Notes under the pieces: generated by a model | What the model saw: only the letters and a program-made list of their open reading frames with translations | Databases searched by the model: none | What the model was told of the DNA's origin: nothing | Program-made: the position numbers and the translations under genes | Part shown: in pieces, positions 1 to 9,913 of the stretch | How the letters are laid out: each line of letters starts with the position of its first letter | Numbering within the stretch: the first letter of the stretch is position 1 | Origin: Candidatus Hadarchaeota archaeon | GTDB lineage: Archaea > Hadarchaeota > Hadarchaeia > Hadarchaeales > JAGGTB01 | Length of the DNA: 64,000 nt | Direction of reading: 5' to 3' | Assembly: GCA_964384105.1 (NCBI GenBank) | Contig: CAYLJV010000003.1 | Span: 96,001-160,000, forward strand

Positions 1-454
1 CAAGGAAATAAGGATCAATTCTCTTTTAGAGAAAGTGGTTGAGGATTATCAGAGTATGACGGAAAATGGAGATATAGAATTTGTCTACTCTGGGGACTCT
101 ATTGAGGCCCTAGGGGGAAATCTCCTTGAAGAGGCTCTATCAAACCTAATAGAAAATTCCGTGAAACACGGGGATTGTGACAAGATTAGAATATCTTGTT
201 GTGAGAATGATGGTGAGGTAATAATTGTTGTGGAAGATGATGGAATTGGTATATCTGATGAGGTTCGAGGGAAGGTGTTCCGGAGAGGTTTTAGGGAAGG
301 TGAGAATGCGGGTTCTGGACTGGGTTTGTATCTTGTAAGAGAGATAGTGAATAGCTATGGCGGTTCCGTTGAAATAAAAGATTCTGAGCTGGGTGGAGCT
401 AGGTTTGATGTTTTTTTGGAGAAAGTACGAAAAGATTCAACTATCTTTTCTTAG
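1..454 (+). CDS. Sensor histidine kinase, C-terminal HATPase part (5' end outside window)
   Basis: NLIENSVKH, VEDDGIGI, GSGLGL, SELGGARF motifs. Confidence 0.9.
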   Translation, partial: KEIRINSLLEKVVEDYQSMTENGDIEFVYSGDSIEALGGNLLEEALSNLIENSVKHGDCDKIRISCCENDGEVIIVVEDDGIGISDEVRGKVFRRGFREGENAGSGLGLYLVREIVNSYGGSVEIKDSELGGARFDVFLEKVRKDSTIFS

Positions 455-1074
455 TCGTTGCTCTCTTCTATTTTTCTTTTTTCTTCTTTTCGGTTGGAGT
501 CCTTGTCAGAGAACTGAAATATGGTTCCTGCGATGAAGAGTATCGCTCCGATAATCAGGGAAGCCTCTCTGGAACCAGTTAGCTGGAAAACAGCAGTTCC
601 TGCTAGAATGCCTCCTATTAAGGCGGTCATAGCGGGCAGAAGTAGTCGGAAAAGAACTACTGCAATAGCAGCAAAAAGGATCCCCAAAACGATTGCTAAG
701 GGTGGTGACAATCCAATAAGTAGGCCAGTTCCGAGGGCAAATCCGACTATACCTATCCAGAGATACGGTGCGAAGAATCCGATAACTCCACCTATTAGAA
801 ATGAACCAATTAGTATTATGATTAGCAGGATTCCAGAGCTTGGGAAATACGAGTACATAAAGCCAAGAGCTAAGAATCCACCTATTAGAAAATTGAAGAT
901 ATCGAATAATCTCTTTCCATAAAAACTGTAGAGGACACCTAATATCAGGAAGATTATGGGAAATGCGATTATCAGTTCATTTAGGTCTGATATCATTTCC
1001 ATTAGGCTAATCCCTTTGAGAGCTCCCATCCCTCCGAATCCAGCTAAAGTAGCGAACAATTTGCTTCCCTCCAT
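451..1074 (-). CDS. Multi-pass membrane protein (DUF4203/TM7S3-like)
   Basis: About 7 glycine-rich hydrophobic segments. Confidence 0.6.
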   Translation of the reverse strand: MEGSKLFATLAGFGGMGALKGISLMEMISDLNELIIAFPIIFLILGVLYSFYGKRLFDIFNFLIGGFLALGFMYSYFPSSGILLIIILIGSFLIGGVIGFFAPYLWIGIVGFALGTGLLIGLSPPLAIVLGILFAAIAVVLFRLLLPAMTALIGGILAGTAVFQLTGSREASLIIGAILFIAGTIFQFSDKDSNRKEEKRKIEESND

Positions 1075-1160
1075 AAATCTGCCTTTTTGGTATTTTTATC
1101 TTCCGAAAATTTTCTAAAAAATATTAATAAAAGGATAAAATTGTGGATTTTTAGCAGCTT

Positions 1161-1259
1161 TTACATTTTTTTAGCTTTTCCTGGGTGTTTCTTCTTTGCG
1201 TGCTCTTTTAGTTTCTCTTTAGAGTCGAATTCTTTTCCACATATATCACATTTTGGCAA
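1161..1259 (-). CDS. 32-aa C2H2 zinc-finger microprotein (MPKCDICGKEFDSKEKLKEHAKKKHPGKAKKM), not in ORF track
   Basis: TTG start after GGAGGTG Shine-Dalgarno; C-x2-C-x12-H-x4-H. Confidence 0.8.
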   Translation of the reverse strand: MPKCDICGKEFDSKEKLKEHAKKKHPGKAKKM

Positions 1260-1384
1260 ATTTGGACACCTCCCCATTTTATTTCTCTTTTAAGAAACTA
1301 AAACTCTTACTAAAACTTTTGTGGGTATGGTTATGGGAAAAATAAATATTATCTAAACTTTAATTTTCGAGTAGGAGGCTTATT

Positions 1385-1699
1385 ATGCCAAAATTAAAAA
1401 TAACTGTTTTGAAGACTTCTACGGAAAAGCAGTTTATTGAAGAGTATGGGGCTGAAGGGTGCGAAGAAGAGTGCCCGCTATTCGATGAAGGCGACGAATT
1501 CGTCGTCGATCCCGAAAAACCGTTTGTTCCAGATGGTTTCTGTAGTTACGCTTGGGATTCGATAATGAACTTAGTAACTCCTTTATTGCTGGGCGGAGAT
1601 TTTAGTATTTGGGATTGGACAGAGGATGATAAAACCGCAATAGCATGTTGCAATGATGGTCTTAGACCTGTTTTCTTCAAATTAGAAGCGCTCGATTAA
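1385..1699 (+). CDS. TIGR04076-family Cys-containing protein
   Basis: CPLFDEGDEF, GFCSYAW, CCNDGLRPVFFKLE pattern; GGAGG SD. Confidence 0.75.
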   Translation: MPKLKITVLKTSTEKQFIEEYGAEGCEEECPLFDEGDEFVVDPEKPFVPDGFCSYAWDSIMNLVTPLLLGGDFSIWDWTEDDKTAIACCNDGLRPVFFKLEALD

Positions 1700-1954
1700 T
1701 CTGATTAGCTTTCTATAATGAGGTTTCAGAAAAAGGCGAGTTAGGAAAATATTTAGAGGAAGAATAGACATATTAATACTTCAGAGAGTTTGGGGCTAGA
1801 GTTAGTTTTAAAATGCGAACATTTTTATTGATTAACGAAATTGTGAAATGTAAAAGTTATTTAGAAAAATCCAATGATTTGGTAATCAGGAGCTAGTTGT
1901 TTAAAATATTTGATTTTCATACCATTTAGAGCTGATTTTTAGGAGGTGAGACTA

Positions 1955-2152
1955 ATGAAAGGAACTGTGAAATTTTTCAACGATAGAAAAAATTACGGGT
2001 TTATAGAACCTGAAGAAGGAAGTAAAGACGTCTTTGTACATAGAAGTGACATTGAAGCGGATACTCTTAAAGAAGGTGACATTGTTGAATTTGATACAGA
2101 AGAAGAAGAAAAAGGTCTTAGAGCTGTGAACGTTAAGAAGGTTGAAGAATAA
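1955..2152 (+). CDS. csp: Cold-shock protein
   Basis: KGTVKFFN..KNYGFI and DVFVHRSDI RNP motifs; AGGAGGTGA SD before ATG 1955. Confidence 0.95.
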   Translation: MKGTVKFFNDRKNYGFIEPEEGSKDVFVHRSDIEADTLKEGDIVEFDTEEEEKGLRAVNVKKVEE

Positions 2153-2403
2153 ATTCAATTTTTAATATTTCGGAGATAAAAAAGCGATTTTAGTACTTTC
2201 AGTTGGCCTTGTCTTAAAAGTTAACTATAAAACCAGATACCATTCAAGATCTCAAAATTTTTTGTTATTTTTTATTTTTATAATGCCTATTTGCGTTTTC
2301 TAGGAAAGATAATTTAGATATTTTGATCTTTTTCGATCTAAATTTTAATTTGTCTTAGATTCTCGTAAGGGATTAATATCGCTCTTAGAAGAGATGATGT
2401 TTT

Positions 2404-2958
2404 TCAGGATTTAGAGATCATTACCTCTGTAGCTTTTATTACGGCTTCTACTTCGTCTCCTTCTTTTAGATCTAAATCCTCTGCTGCCTCTTTTGTTATG
2501 AATGCTGTCATCTTTGAAGGTTCTACCTTTATTTTTATTTTTGCTCCGACTTCTCCAAGTTCGATATCCTCTATTTTTCCTTTTAGGTGATTTCTAGCGG
2601 ATAGTTTTGTAGACATATTTTCCCAAAACATTTTTTCTTTAATCATCTTATTTAACGTATCGTTCATCCAGTTGTATTTTCTTATGAGTTCTATCCCTTG
2701 ATCTGTAAGTTTGGATCCTCCGCCTCCGGTCCCGCCTTTTTCTGATTCAACTAATTTCAGATTTAGTCTTTTCTCAAGTTTCTTTAGTATTCCCCATGCA
2801 TGTCTATACGACATTCCCAGTATTTTGGCGGCCTTGTTCAGAGAACCCTCTTCCTCTATTGTCTGTAGAAGCTCAATTCTACCTTCTCCACCTATGGCCT
2901 CCCCTTCTATCTGCAGCCACAATTTTATTGTTGGTTCTAATTGATTCTGTTTGTTCAT
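2404..2958 (-). CDS. modE: ModE-type molybdate/tungstate regulator (wHTH + TOBE)
   Basis: GSLNKAAKILGMSYRHAW HTH; SARNHLKG and IKATEV TOBE motifs. Confidence 0.9.
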   Translation of the reverse strand: MNKQNQLEPTIKLWLQIEGEAIGGEGRIELLQTIEEEGSLNKAAKILGMSYRHAWGILKKLEKRLNLKLVESEKGGTGGGGSKLTDQGIELIRKYNWMNDTLNKMIKEKMFWENMSTKLSARNHLKGKIEDIELGEVGAKIKIKVEPSKMTAFITKEAAEDLDLKEGDEVEAVIKATEVMISKS

Positions 2959-3006
2959 CTTCAGTTACCTAGTTACTTTTTAGTGATTCGATCTAATAAC
3001 TACCAG

Positions 3007-3726
3007 TTAGAAAATTAATTCACCTGAAACAAATTTTTTCGTTTTTTCATCTCTTGGGTTTTTAAATAGTTCCTTAGTTCCCCCTTCCTCGACTATTTTC
3101 CCCTGATAAAGGTGAACTGTTCTATTTGAAAGCCGCTTAGCTTGAAATAGTGTGTGGGTTGCTATTGCTACAGTGGTATTTTTTTCTTCTACAATTTCCT
3201 TAATAGCTTCTTCAACGATTTTTGCATTCCCTGGATCAACGTTTGCTGTAGGTTCGTCCAAGAGAAGGAGATCCGGGTCGATAACAAAGGCTCTTGCCAG
3301 TGCAACTCTCTGCTGTTCTCCCCCAGATAGGTTTTTTGCGTTTTTATTCACATGATCCTGCATCTTCACAAGTTTCAGAGCTTCTGAAACTTTATTATCG
3401 ATCTTTGATTTCGAGAAGTTCCGTACTTTTAAACCATAAGCTATGTTATCTTTGACAGAAGAATTAAACATGGTCGATTTTTGAAAAACTAGTGTGACTC
3501 TTCTATTCAACTTGTAGAGTTCATCTATCTCGTCACCTCTGTATATATACTTCCCGCTAGTTGGGATGTCAAGGCTTGCTAATATCCGTAATAAAGTGGT
3601 CTTTCCAGAGCCGTTATGACCGATGAAAGCTAGGAGGTCTCCTTCCTTTATTTCTAGAGATATTGATTTTAAGGCCTCAAAGGAGCCGAACTTTTTAGTG
3701 ATATTTTCCAATTGAATGAAACTCAT
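3007..3726 (-). CDS. tupC: Tungstate ABC transporter ATPase
   Basis: GHNGSGKT, LSGGEQQR, LLLDEPT; operon context. Confidence 0.85.
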   Translation of the reverse strand: MSFIQLENITKKFGSFEALKSISLEIKEGDLLAFIGHNGSGKTTLLRILASLDIPTSGKYIYRGDEIDELYKLNRRVTLVFQKSTMFNSSVKDNIAYGLKVRNFSKSKIDNKVSEALKLVKMQDHVNKNAKNLSGGEQQRVALARAFVIDPDLLLLDEPTANVDPGNAKIVEEAIKEIVEEKNTTVAIATHTLFQAKRLSNRTVHLYQGKIVEEGGTKELFKNPRDEKTKKFVSGELIF

Positions 3727-4436
3727 TTTCTTTCCCTTCTAAAAAGGTTTAATATCATGCTAATGGTGAAAACTATTAGGAGTAATATTATCCCAAGAGC
3801 TAATGCGATACCTATTTCTCCTCGAACTGTATACATTTGGATCGAGGTAGTTAGTACTCTGGTATTAAGGGCACTACCACTAACTAGAATATTACCTCCG
3901 ATCATCATTGCTAGCCCCAGCTCTGCTATGGCTCTATTAAATCCCGAAACGACTGAGAGAATAACTCCATTTATTCCTTCTTTTAGAACTGTTATTGTTG
4001 ACTCGAGCCGACTAGCTCCTAAAGTGATAGCTAGTTCTCTGACGTTTGTCTCAACCGCTTCAATAGAACCGGCTGTGAAGCTTATTATAATAGGAGTAAT
4101 CAAAAATGCTTGACCTACGCTGATTCCAAGAGGGGTATAAATAAGATTAAGGAAACCGAAAGGCCCAGCTGGTACCAGTAAAAGGTACAATACTAGCCCT
4201 AAAACAACTGTTGGGATACCAATCAGTGAATTAAAGAGACCCCTTACGAACCGTATTCCCCTGAATTCATGCATTCCCAAATAAACTCCTATAGGAATGC
4301 TCCAAATTGAAGCGATCAAGGTAGCGATTCCTGAGACATATATCGATCTCAGAGCGATACTCATCACTAAGGAGTCTCCAGTAATTATCAGGTGTAGAGC
4401 CTTTCGGATTCCCTCTAAAACAAATTCAAGTGACAT
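3723..4436 (-). CDS. tupB: Tungstate ABC transporter permease
   Basis: TupB-like PTVVLGL, AELGLAMMIGGNI, TRVLTT. Confidence 0.88.
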   Translation of the reverse strand: MSLEFVLEGIRKALHLIITGDSLVMSIALRSIYVSGIATLIASIWSIPIGVYLGMHEFRGIRFVRGLFNSLIGIPTVVLGLVLYLLLVPAGPFGFLNLIYTPLGISVGQAFLITPIIISFTAGSIEAVETNVRELAITLGASRLESTITVLKEGINGVILSVVSGFNRAIAELGLAMMIGGNILVSGSALNTRVLTTSIQMYTVRGEIGIALALGIILLLIVFTISMILNLFRRERK

Positions 4437-4474
4437 TTTTTCTTTTGCTAATTGGTAACGTCTATTTTATACTT

Positions 4475-5482
4475 TTACTGATTACTGTGGAACTCTAGGT
4501 TGTGTTTAGATGCTTGGTATCTGTATTCCATTGGGCACTCAGTTCCGTTAATAAATCCGTATTCTGTTATCCAATTGTATACTGGTCCAGCACTCTCTTC
4601 TCCTTCTAGAACACTTACAGCCGGATGAAAAAGTTGACGGCCGAATTCTACAACAGCGTATTCTCCAATTAATTCTTGTGCGTCACTAGAAGTAAGCCAT
4701 TTCGTAAATCTCATTGCTCCTTCGAAATCTTTGTCATACTCCTCTGGATTAACAGGAATAACTCCGTATACATTAGTTAACTCTTTTCCTTCATCCACAA
4801 GTACTTCTAGATCTATGAGTCCTCCTGCAGAGTACGCCAAATATGTACCCATGTCGGCGAGCGTGTAGGCATCGTTGTTGTTACAGTAGTTTAGGGTAGC
4901 ACCCATTCCCTGCCCGGTACTCCTGAACCAATTCTTTCCTTTGATATCTTCCTCGTAGGAGCAACCTGCAGCGTTCCAAAGTCCGATTTCTTTTGTGTTA
5001 GTGCCTGAACCATCGTCTCTAGAAGCCCAAATTACATTTCCTTCTTCTCCTGATTTGTAAATCTCCTTTAGGGCTTCCGATGGTGTCATCCCCCCTATTC
5101 CTGCAGAATCATTAGGGGGCCCTACGATCGTGAAGAAGTTATAGGCAATTACTTTCCTATTCACTCCATAGCCGTCCCCCATAAAGGCTGCTTCTTTACT
5201 TTTTGCATGCACTAAAATTACATCCGAATTCCCCATTTTCGCATCTTCGATTGCGGCGCCTGTTCCTTTGGGTATAAAATGCAATTCTATCCCTGTTTCT
5301 TCTCTGAAAGCAGGTCCGATGGAGTTCTCGAGTAAACCGGTGTCATAAAGACTAGTCGTTGTCGAGACGGTGAGAATTCTTTGTTCTTGTGCATACTGCG
5401 TCTGGTAGTACCATATTCCTCCAGATACCGCTACTATAACCATAATTCCTACAACTAAAGCTGTTCTATTTGTAGATTTCAT
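4475..5482 (-). CDS. tupA: Tungstate-binding protein
   Basis: TTTSLYDTGLL signature, SRDDGSGT, STGQGMG; N-terminal anchor. Confidence 0.92.
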   Translation of the reverse strand: MKSTNRTALVVGIMVIVAVSGGIWYYQTQYAQEQRILTVSTTTSLYDTGLLENSIGPAFREETGIELHFIPKGTGAAIEDAKMGNSDVILVHAKSKEAAFMGDGYGVNRKVIAYNFFTIVGPPNDSAGIGGMTPSEALKEIYKSGEEGNVIWASRDDGSGTNTKEIGLWNAAGCSYEEDIKGKNWFRSTGQGMGATLNYCNNNDAYTLADMGTYLAYSAGGLIDLEVLVDEGKELTNVYGVIPVNPEEYDKDFEGAMRFTKWLTSSDAQELIGEYAVVEFGRQLFHPAVSVLEGEESAGPVYNWITEYGFINGTECPMEYRYQASKHNLEFHSNQ

Positions 5483-5527
5483 TCTTTTTTCACCTCTTTA
5501 CTAAAAAAGTAGATAAGCTTATAACCC

Positions 5528-5547
5528 TTATGCTTTCTTTAACATAT
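5528..5547. promoter_or_regulatory. Putative ModE box 1 (TTATG-N10-CATAT)
   Basis: Imperfect palindrome upstream of tupA, same geometry as box 2. Confidence 0.6.
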
Positions 5548-5594
5548 TGAATAGATTGAAGTGAAAATCTAATCAACACAAAATATTTATATCT

Positions 5595-5614
5595 TTATGT
5601 TTATTTAAGCATAA
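5595..5614. promoter_or_regulatory. Putative ModE box 2 (TTATG-N10-CATAA)
   Basis: Palindromic half-sites upstream of the tup-modE operon. Confidence 0.6.
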
Positions 5615-5884
5615 CCGGCCAGATTTGTGAATAATCGGGGATGCTGAAATACTATCAAGAAGACCTCCTGGATGATTTTTATCGGCATTGACTCCACTGG
5701 TCTGGACCCAATATCCTTAACCCCAGGTTAACCCACAGCCTGGGGTTGACTCTTAATCCTTCTGAGACTTCCTTTTGACTCACTTGGATAAGAGCAGAAA
5801 GCATCTGGGTTTGAAAATGGGAGGGAAGATGCTAAATTCGAAGTTTATTTTTTGGGACTTACCGTTTTTTTAATCTCGGAGTTC

Positions 5885-6820
5885 TCAGATAAGATCAAAA
5901 TCCTTGAGGACTCTCTTTATCTCTTTCCTGTTTTCAGGAAGGGGTTCCCGGTCGAGCGGTGGTCTTGGAATGCCGTGATCAAATCCCATTAAATTCAGAG
6001 CGTATTGTACTGACATGGGATTCTTTTCATTTGTCTGGAACATTGCGTTATGGATTGGCATGAGTTCTTTATTTAGTTCGTAGGCTTTGGCCGTGTTGTT
6101 TTTTCGATAGGCCTCTTCCCAGACTTCAACTACTCCACTTGGATGGACATTTGCACTGACACTTATTGCGAAACTTCCACCTTGCTCGAATATGTAATCA
6201 TTTGCGGCGTCGTCACCGGATCCTAAATGGAAATCTAGACTGCGAGTTTGGATTTCTTTTCCTATCTTTCTTATTTGTTCGTAATTACCGGATGCTTCCT
6301 TTATCCCTATAGCTCCTGCGACTTTCTCGGCGATTTCGAGGGTCGTTTCGGCTTCGATATTTCTCCCTGTTCTGCCGGGCACATTGTATATTACTATTGG
6401 CAGTTCAATCTCCTTTGCGATCATATCATAATGGGAGACTATCCGGTCTTGAGGAGGGCAGTTCTGGTAGGGTGAGATCATTAAATGGGCGTCCGTTCCC
6501 GTTTCTTCCTCGACCTTTTTGGCTAGTTTGATGGTTTGCCGTGTGGTGTTCATTCCATCTCCTGCGATGACTGGAAGTTTTGTCATTTCTGCGGTTCGTG
6601 ATATGAATTCGACGTGTTCCTCGAACATTGTTTCTCCGTAATCTCCTAGAGTTGCCGCGTGTCCCGTGCAGCCTGCGGGGACTACACCGTGAACACCGTT
6701 TTTCTCAAGATAGTTGAGATGTTCTTCAAGAGCATCATAGTTTATGGATCCATCTTCGCTTATCGGGGTCGGAAGAGCGGGAAAGACTCCAATTGGTTTA
6801 AATTTTGAATCTCTACTCAT
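5885..6820 (-). CDS. dapA: 4-hydroxy-tetrahydrodipicolinate synthase family protein
   Basis: GCTG, IYNVPGRTG, GIKEASG, GSGDD. Confidence 0.85.
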   Translation of the reverse strand: MSRDSKFKPIGVFPALPTPISEDGSINYDALEEHLNYLEKNGVHGVVPAGCTGHAATLGDYGETMFEEHVEFISRTAEMTKLPVIAGDGMNTTRQTIKLAKKVEEETGTDAHLMISPYQNCPPQDRIVSHYDMIAKEIELPIVIYNVPGRTGRNIEAETTLEIAEKVAGAIGIKEASGNYEQIRKIGKEIQTRSLDFHLGSGDDAANDYIFEQGGSFAISVSANVHPSGVVEVWEEAYRKNNTAKAYELNKELMPIHNAMFQTNEKNPMSVQYALNLMGFDHGIPRPPLDREPLPENRKEIKRVLKDFDLI

Positions 6821-6934
6821 TACTACTTGTTAAATCTAAGATTTCCTATAAAATTTGTTAGTAAGATTCTTTGGCTTTTAAAGAAAGTTAATATTTTTTT
6901 AGTTATTTTTGACATATTTCTAGTCAGTGAAATA

Positions 6935-7174
6935 ATGGACTATGAAGACCTGGACAAGATGGTGAGGGAGGAGGGTAAAAAACCTAAGGGAGAAGTTTTC
7001 TGTCCCGAATGCGGATCCCATAGATTATATTATTTCGTAGGGGGTAGAGCGGGCTGGATTTACGAATGCAAGAATTGCGGTTATCACGGTTCGGTAGTTA
7101 TAGAGGATAGTAAAATAGCGAAGGATTTATGGAAGAGATGGAAAAAGGGTGTTAAAGAAGACGAGGATATCTAG
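6935..7174 (+). CDS. Small zinc-ribbon protein
   Basis: CPECGS and YECKNCGY; ATG 6935 more plausible than track start. Confidence 0.75.
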   Translation: MDYEDLDKMVREEGKKPKGEVFCPECGSHRLYYFVGGRAGWIYECKNCGYHGSVVIEDSKIAKDLWKRWKKGVKEDEDI

Positions 7175-7223
7175 TAAAAAGGAAAATGTGGTTCTGATTT
7201 ATCTGAACGAGATCGTTGAAAAT

Positions 7224-7448
7224 TTATTTAGATTCTTCTTTATCGTATTGTATTTTTTTCCATTTTTCCAATAGTTTACTGGCATCTCTTGTGGCTTTCA
7301 TGGATTTCTCTATGTATTTTTTTGGCTCTTCAGGAAGGTCGGCATCTTCCAAGAGGCTAAGATAGCCTTCAATAATCTGGAGCTTGTTTCTCAGATCGTG
7401 CCTTATGTCTGATTGATAGTCCTCCTCTTCATTACTCTTTTTTGGCAT
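7224..7448 (-). CDS. Stand-alone HisKA (DHp) domain protein
   Basis: RHDLRNKLQIIEGYLSLL matches the H-box of neighbouring kinases. Confidence 0.75.
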   Translation of the reverse strand: MPKKSNEEEDYQSDIRHDLRNKLQIIEGYLSLLEDADLPEEPKKYIEKSMKATRDASKLLEKWKKIQYDKEESK

Positions 7449-7627
7449 TTCAACAGCTCTTTCCTTGTTTTTTTGGTCTCGGTGACAAAAGATTTTCGGT
7501 GTGGAGTTTGTTTTGTTTTTCCAAGTTCATAATGAAATTTGAAATCCAGCTATGGTTTAGGTTATATCTTCTGGTTAGATTTAAAAACAAAGTTAGGTAT
7601 CTTCTCATAGCATGTTGGGTGGATTAA

Positions 7628-9775
7628 TTGAAGATTCTTCTAGTCGATGATGAAAAAGATATTTTAGAACAAGCTAAAATCTTTCTTGAAAGAAAAGAAA
7701 AATTAAAAGCCGAAACGATTACTTCTCCAAAAGAAGCTCTCAAGAATTTAGTTAATGGAGAGTTTGATGCTATTGTTTATGACTATCAAATGCCGGGAAT
7801 GAATGGCTTGGAGTTTCTTAGAGTAGTGAGGGAAGAAAAGAAGAGTGACATACCATTCATCATCTTCACGGGGAAGGGTCGAGAGGAAGTAGCGATGAAA
7901 GCTCTCAATCTCGGAGCAAATCGATACCTTAGAAAGGGTGGGGACCCTGTGACACAGTATGAAGTTTTAGCCGGTGCGATTATCGATGAAGTTGAACACA
8001 AGAGAGCTGAGAAAAGGGCGGAATCCTACGCTAGAGACTTGAAAGAGACTTTCAACTCCCTACAGGAGATAGCTTTCCTGTTAGATGAAGACCACAATAT
8101 TATTTTGGCAAATGGTCATGCCGAGAAGTTTTTTGGGAAATCGGAAGAGGAACTTAAAGACTTCAAATGCTACGAACTGGCTCACGGGACCGATGAGCCT
8201 ATCGAGGGGTGTCCTTTGAAAAAGACTTTTGATAGTAGGGAAATGGAGGAGCTGGATTTTTATGATTCAAATAAAGGGAAATATTTCCTCGCCAGAACAC
8301 ACCCGATTTTTACAGGGGAGGGGGAACCAGAAAAGTTCGTTCATCAGGTAATTGATATCACGAAGAGGAAAAAGAAGGAAGAAGATTTGAAAATCTACAA
8401 GGATCGACTAGAAACTGCCATGGAGGCGGGTAATCTAGCTTGGTGGGAGATGGAGCTACCTTCGGGGAAAGTGAGATTCAACGATAGGAAGGCGGAGATG
8501 CTGGGATATTCTCCTGGCAGATTCGAGCATTACGAGGATTTTACAGATCTTTTGCACCCTGAAGATCACGATAAAGCGATGCATGCTATGAGAGATCACC
8601 TTGAAGGTAGAGCACCTAGATATGAGGTTGAATATAGAATAAAAATGAAATCGGGCGATTATAAGTGGCTTAGGGATGTAGGTGCGATTACTGAGGACAG
8701 CGAATCAAACGATTACAGAAAAGTCACGGGCGTTGTTATTGATATTGATGAAAGAAAGAAAAAAGAGGAAAAATTACAATTTCAATCAGATATATTGGAA
8801 CAGATAGAAAATGCAGTAATAGTCACGAATTTGGAAGGAAAGGTTACCTATTGGAACAAAAAAGCTGAGGAGCTATACGGTTGGAAGGAAGAGGAAGTTC
8901 TAGGAGAGAACATTGTCGATGTTACTCCTTCGTTAGCATCTAAAGATCAAGCAGAAGAGATAATGGAGAAATTACAAAAGGGAGAGAAGTGGTCTGATGA
9001 ATTTCTGGTTCAAAGAAAAGATGGTACTGAGTTTAATGCTATCGTGACTGATGCACCCATATACAATGAAGATGGAGAAATTACGGGTATCGTTGGAGTT
9101 TCCACTGATATTAGCAAGCGTAAAGAGTTAGAGGAAAGGGAAAAGTTTCTACATTCCTTGTTGAGGCACGATGTTAGAAATAAGATGCAGATCGTCCAGG
9201 GTTACCTCGAGCTTTTGAAAGATTTTGATCTCCCAAAGGAAGCGGAGTCTTTTCTCGAAAAAGCTATGAGAAGTAGTTACGAGGGTATGGAAGTTATTGA
9301 GAAAGTTAGAACTCTAAGAAAGGCTAGTGAGGAAGAGACCAAGAGTGTAAACATTTGCTCGATGATCTACGATAGTTTGGATAATTGGAAATCTTGGGCC
9401 GAGGACGCGGGAATGGAAATAAATGTAGATTTTCCAGAGTCGAAGTGCGTGGTGAAAGGTGGTTCTCTCTTAAACGAGTTATTCTCTAATCTTGTGGAGA
9501 ATTCCATACAGCATTCCGGTGGAGAAATAATCGAGATTTCAGGTGAAATAATTGATAGCGAATTTGTCTGTGTAATAGAGGATAATGGACAGGGTATTGC
9601 TGACGAGAATAAAGATAGGATCTTCGATAAGGGATACACGACGGATGAGGGTCGTGGATCCGGCCTTGGACTGTTTCTGGTAAAGGCGCTTTTGGATATC
9701 TATGGTGGGGATATTGAGGTTGGGGACTCCGAGCTCGGCGGAGCTAAGTTCGAGATTCGGTTGAAAATGGCATAG
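7628..9775 (+). CDS. Hybrid sensor kinase REC-PAS x3-HisKA-HATPase
   Basis: LLVDDE/DYQMP receiver, PAS repeats, RHDVRN, GSGLGL. Confidence 0.92.
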   Translation: MKILLVDDEKDILEQAKIFLERKEKLKAETITSPKEALKNLVNGEFDAIVYDYQMPGMNGLEFLRVVREEKKSDIPFIIFTGKGREEVAMKALNLGANRYLRKGGDPVTQYEVLAGAIIDEVEHKRAEKRAESYARDLKETFNSLQEIAFLLDEDHNIILANGHAEKFFGKSEEELKDFKCYELAHGTDEPIEGCPLKKTFDSREMEELDFYDSNKGKYFLARTHPIFTGEGEPEKFVHQVIDITKRKKKEEDLKIYKDRLETAMEAGNLAWWEMELPSGKVRFNDRKAEMLGYSPGRFEHYEDFTDLLHPEDHDKAMHAMRDHLEGRAPRYEVEYRIKMKSGDYKWLRDVGAITEDSESNDYRKVTGVVIDIDERKKKEEKLQFQSDILEQIENAVIVTNLEGKVTYWNKKAEELYGWKEEEVLGENIVDVTPSLASKDQAEEIMEKLQKGEKWSDEFLVQRKDGTEFNAIVTDAPIYNEDGEITGIVGVSTDISKRKELEEREKFLHSLLRHDVRNKMQIVQGYLELLKDFDLPKEAESFLEKAMRSSYEGMEVIEKVRTLRKASEEETKSVNICSMIYDSLDNWKSWAEDAGMEINVDFPESKCVVKGGSLLNELFSNLVENSIQHSGGEIIEISGEIIDSEFVCVIEDNGQGIADENKDRIFDKGYTTDEGRGSGLGLFLVKALLDIYGGDIEVGDSELGGAKFEIRLKMA

Positions 9776-9913
9776 TATTTCTCTTGGCCCGGTCAAATTA
9801 TACTACTAAGATGAAGATCCGAGCACATTCCCACCTTTTTTAAACTAAGATAACATGTGTAGAAACTGATTCTACTGTCAATTGTTTTTAGGATTCAATA
9901 TTTGGAGGTGTAA

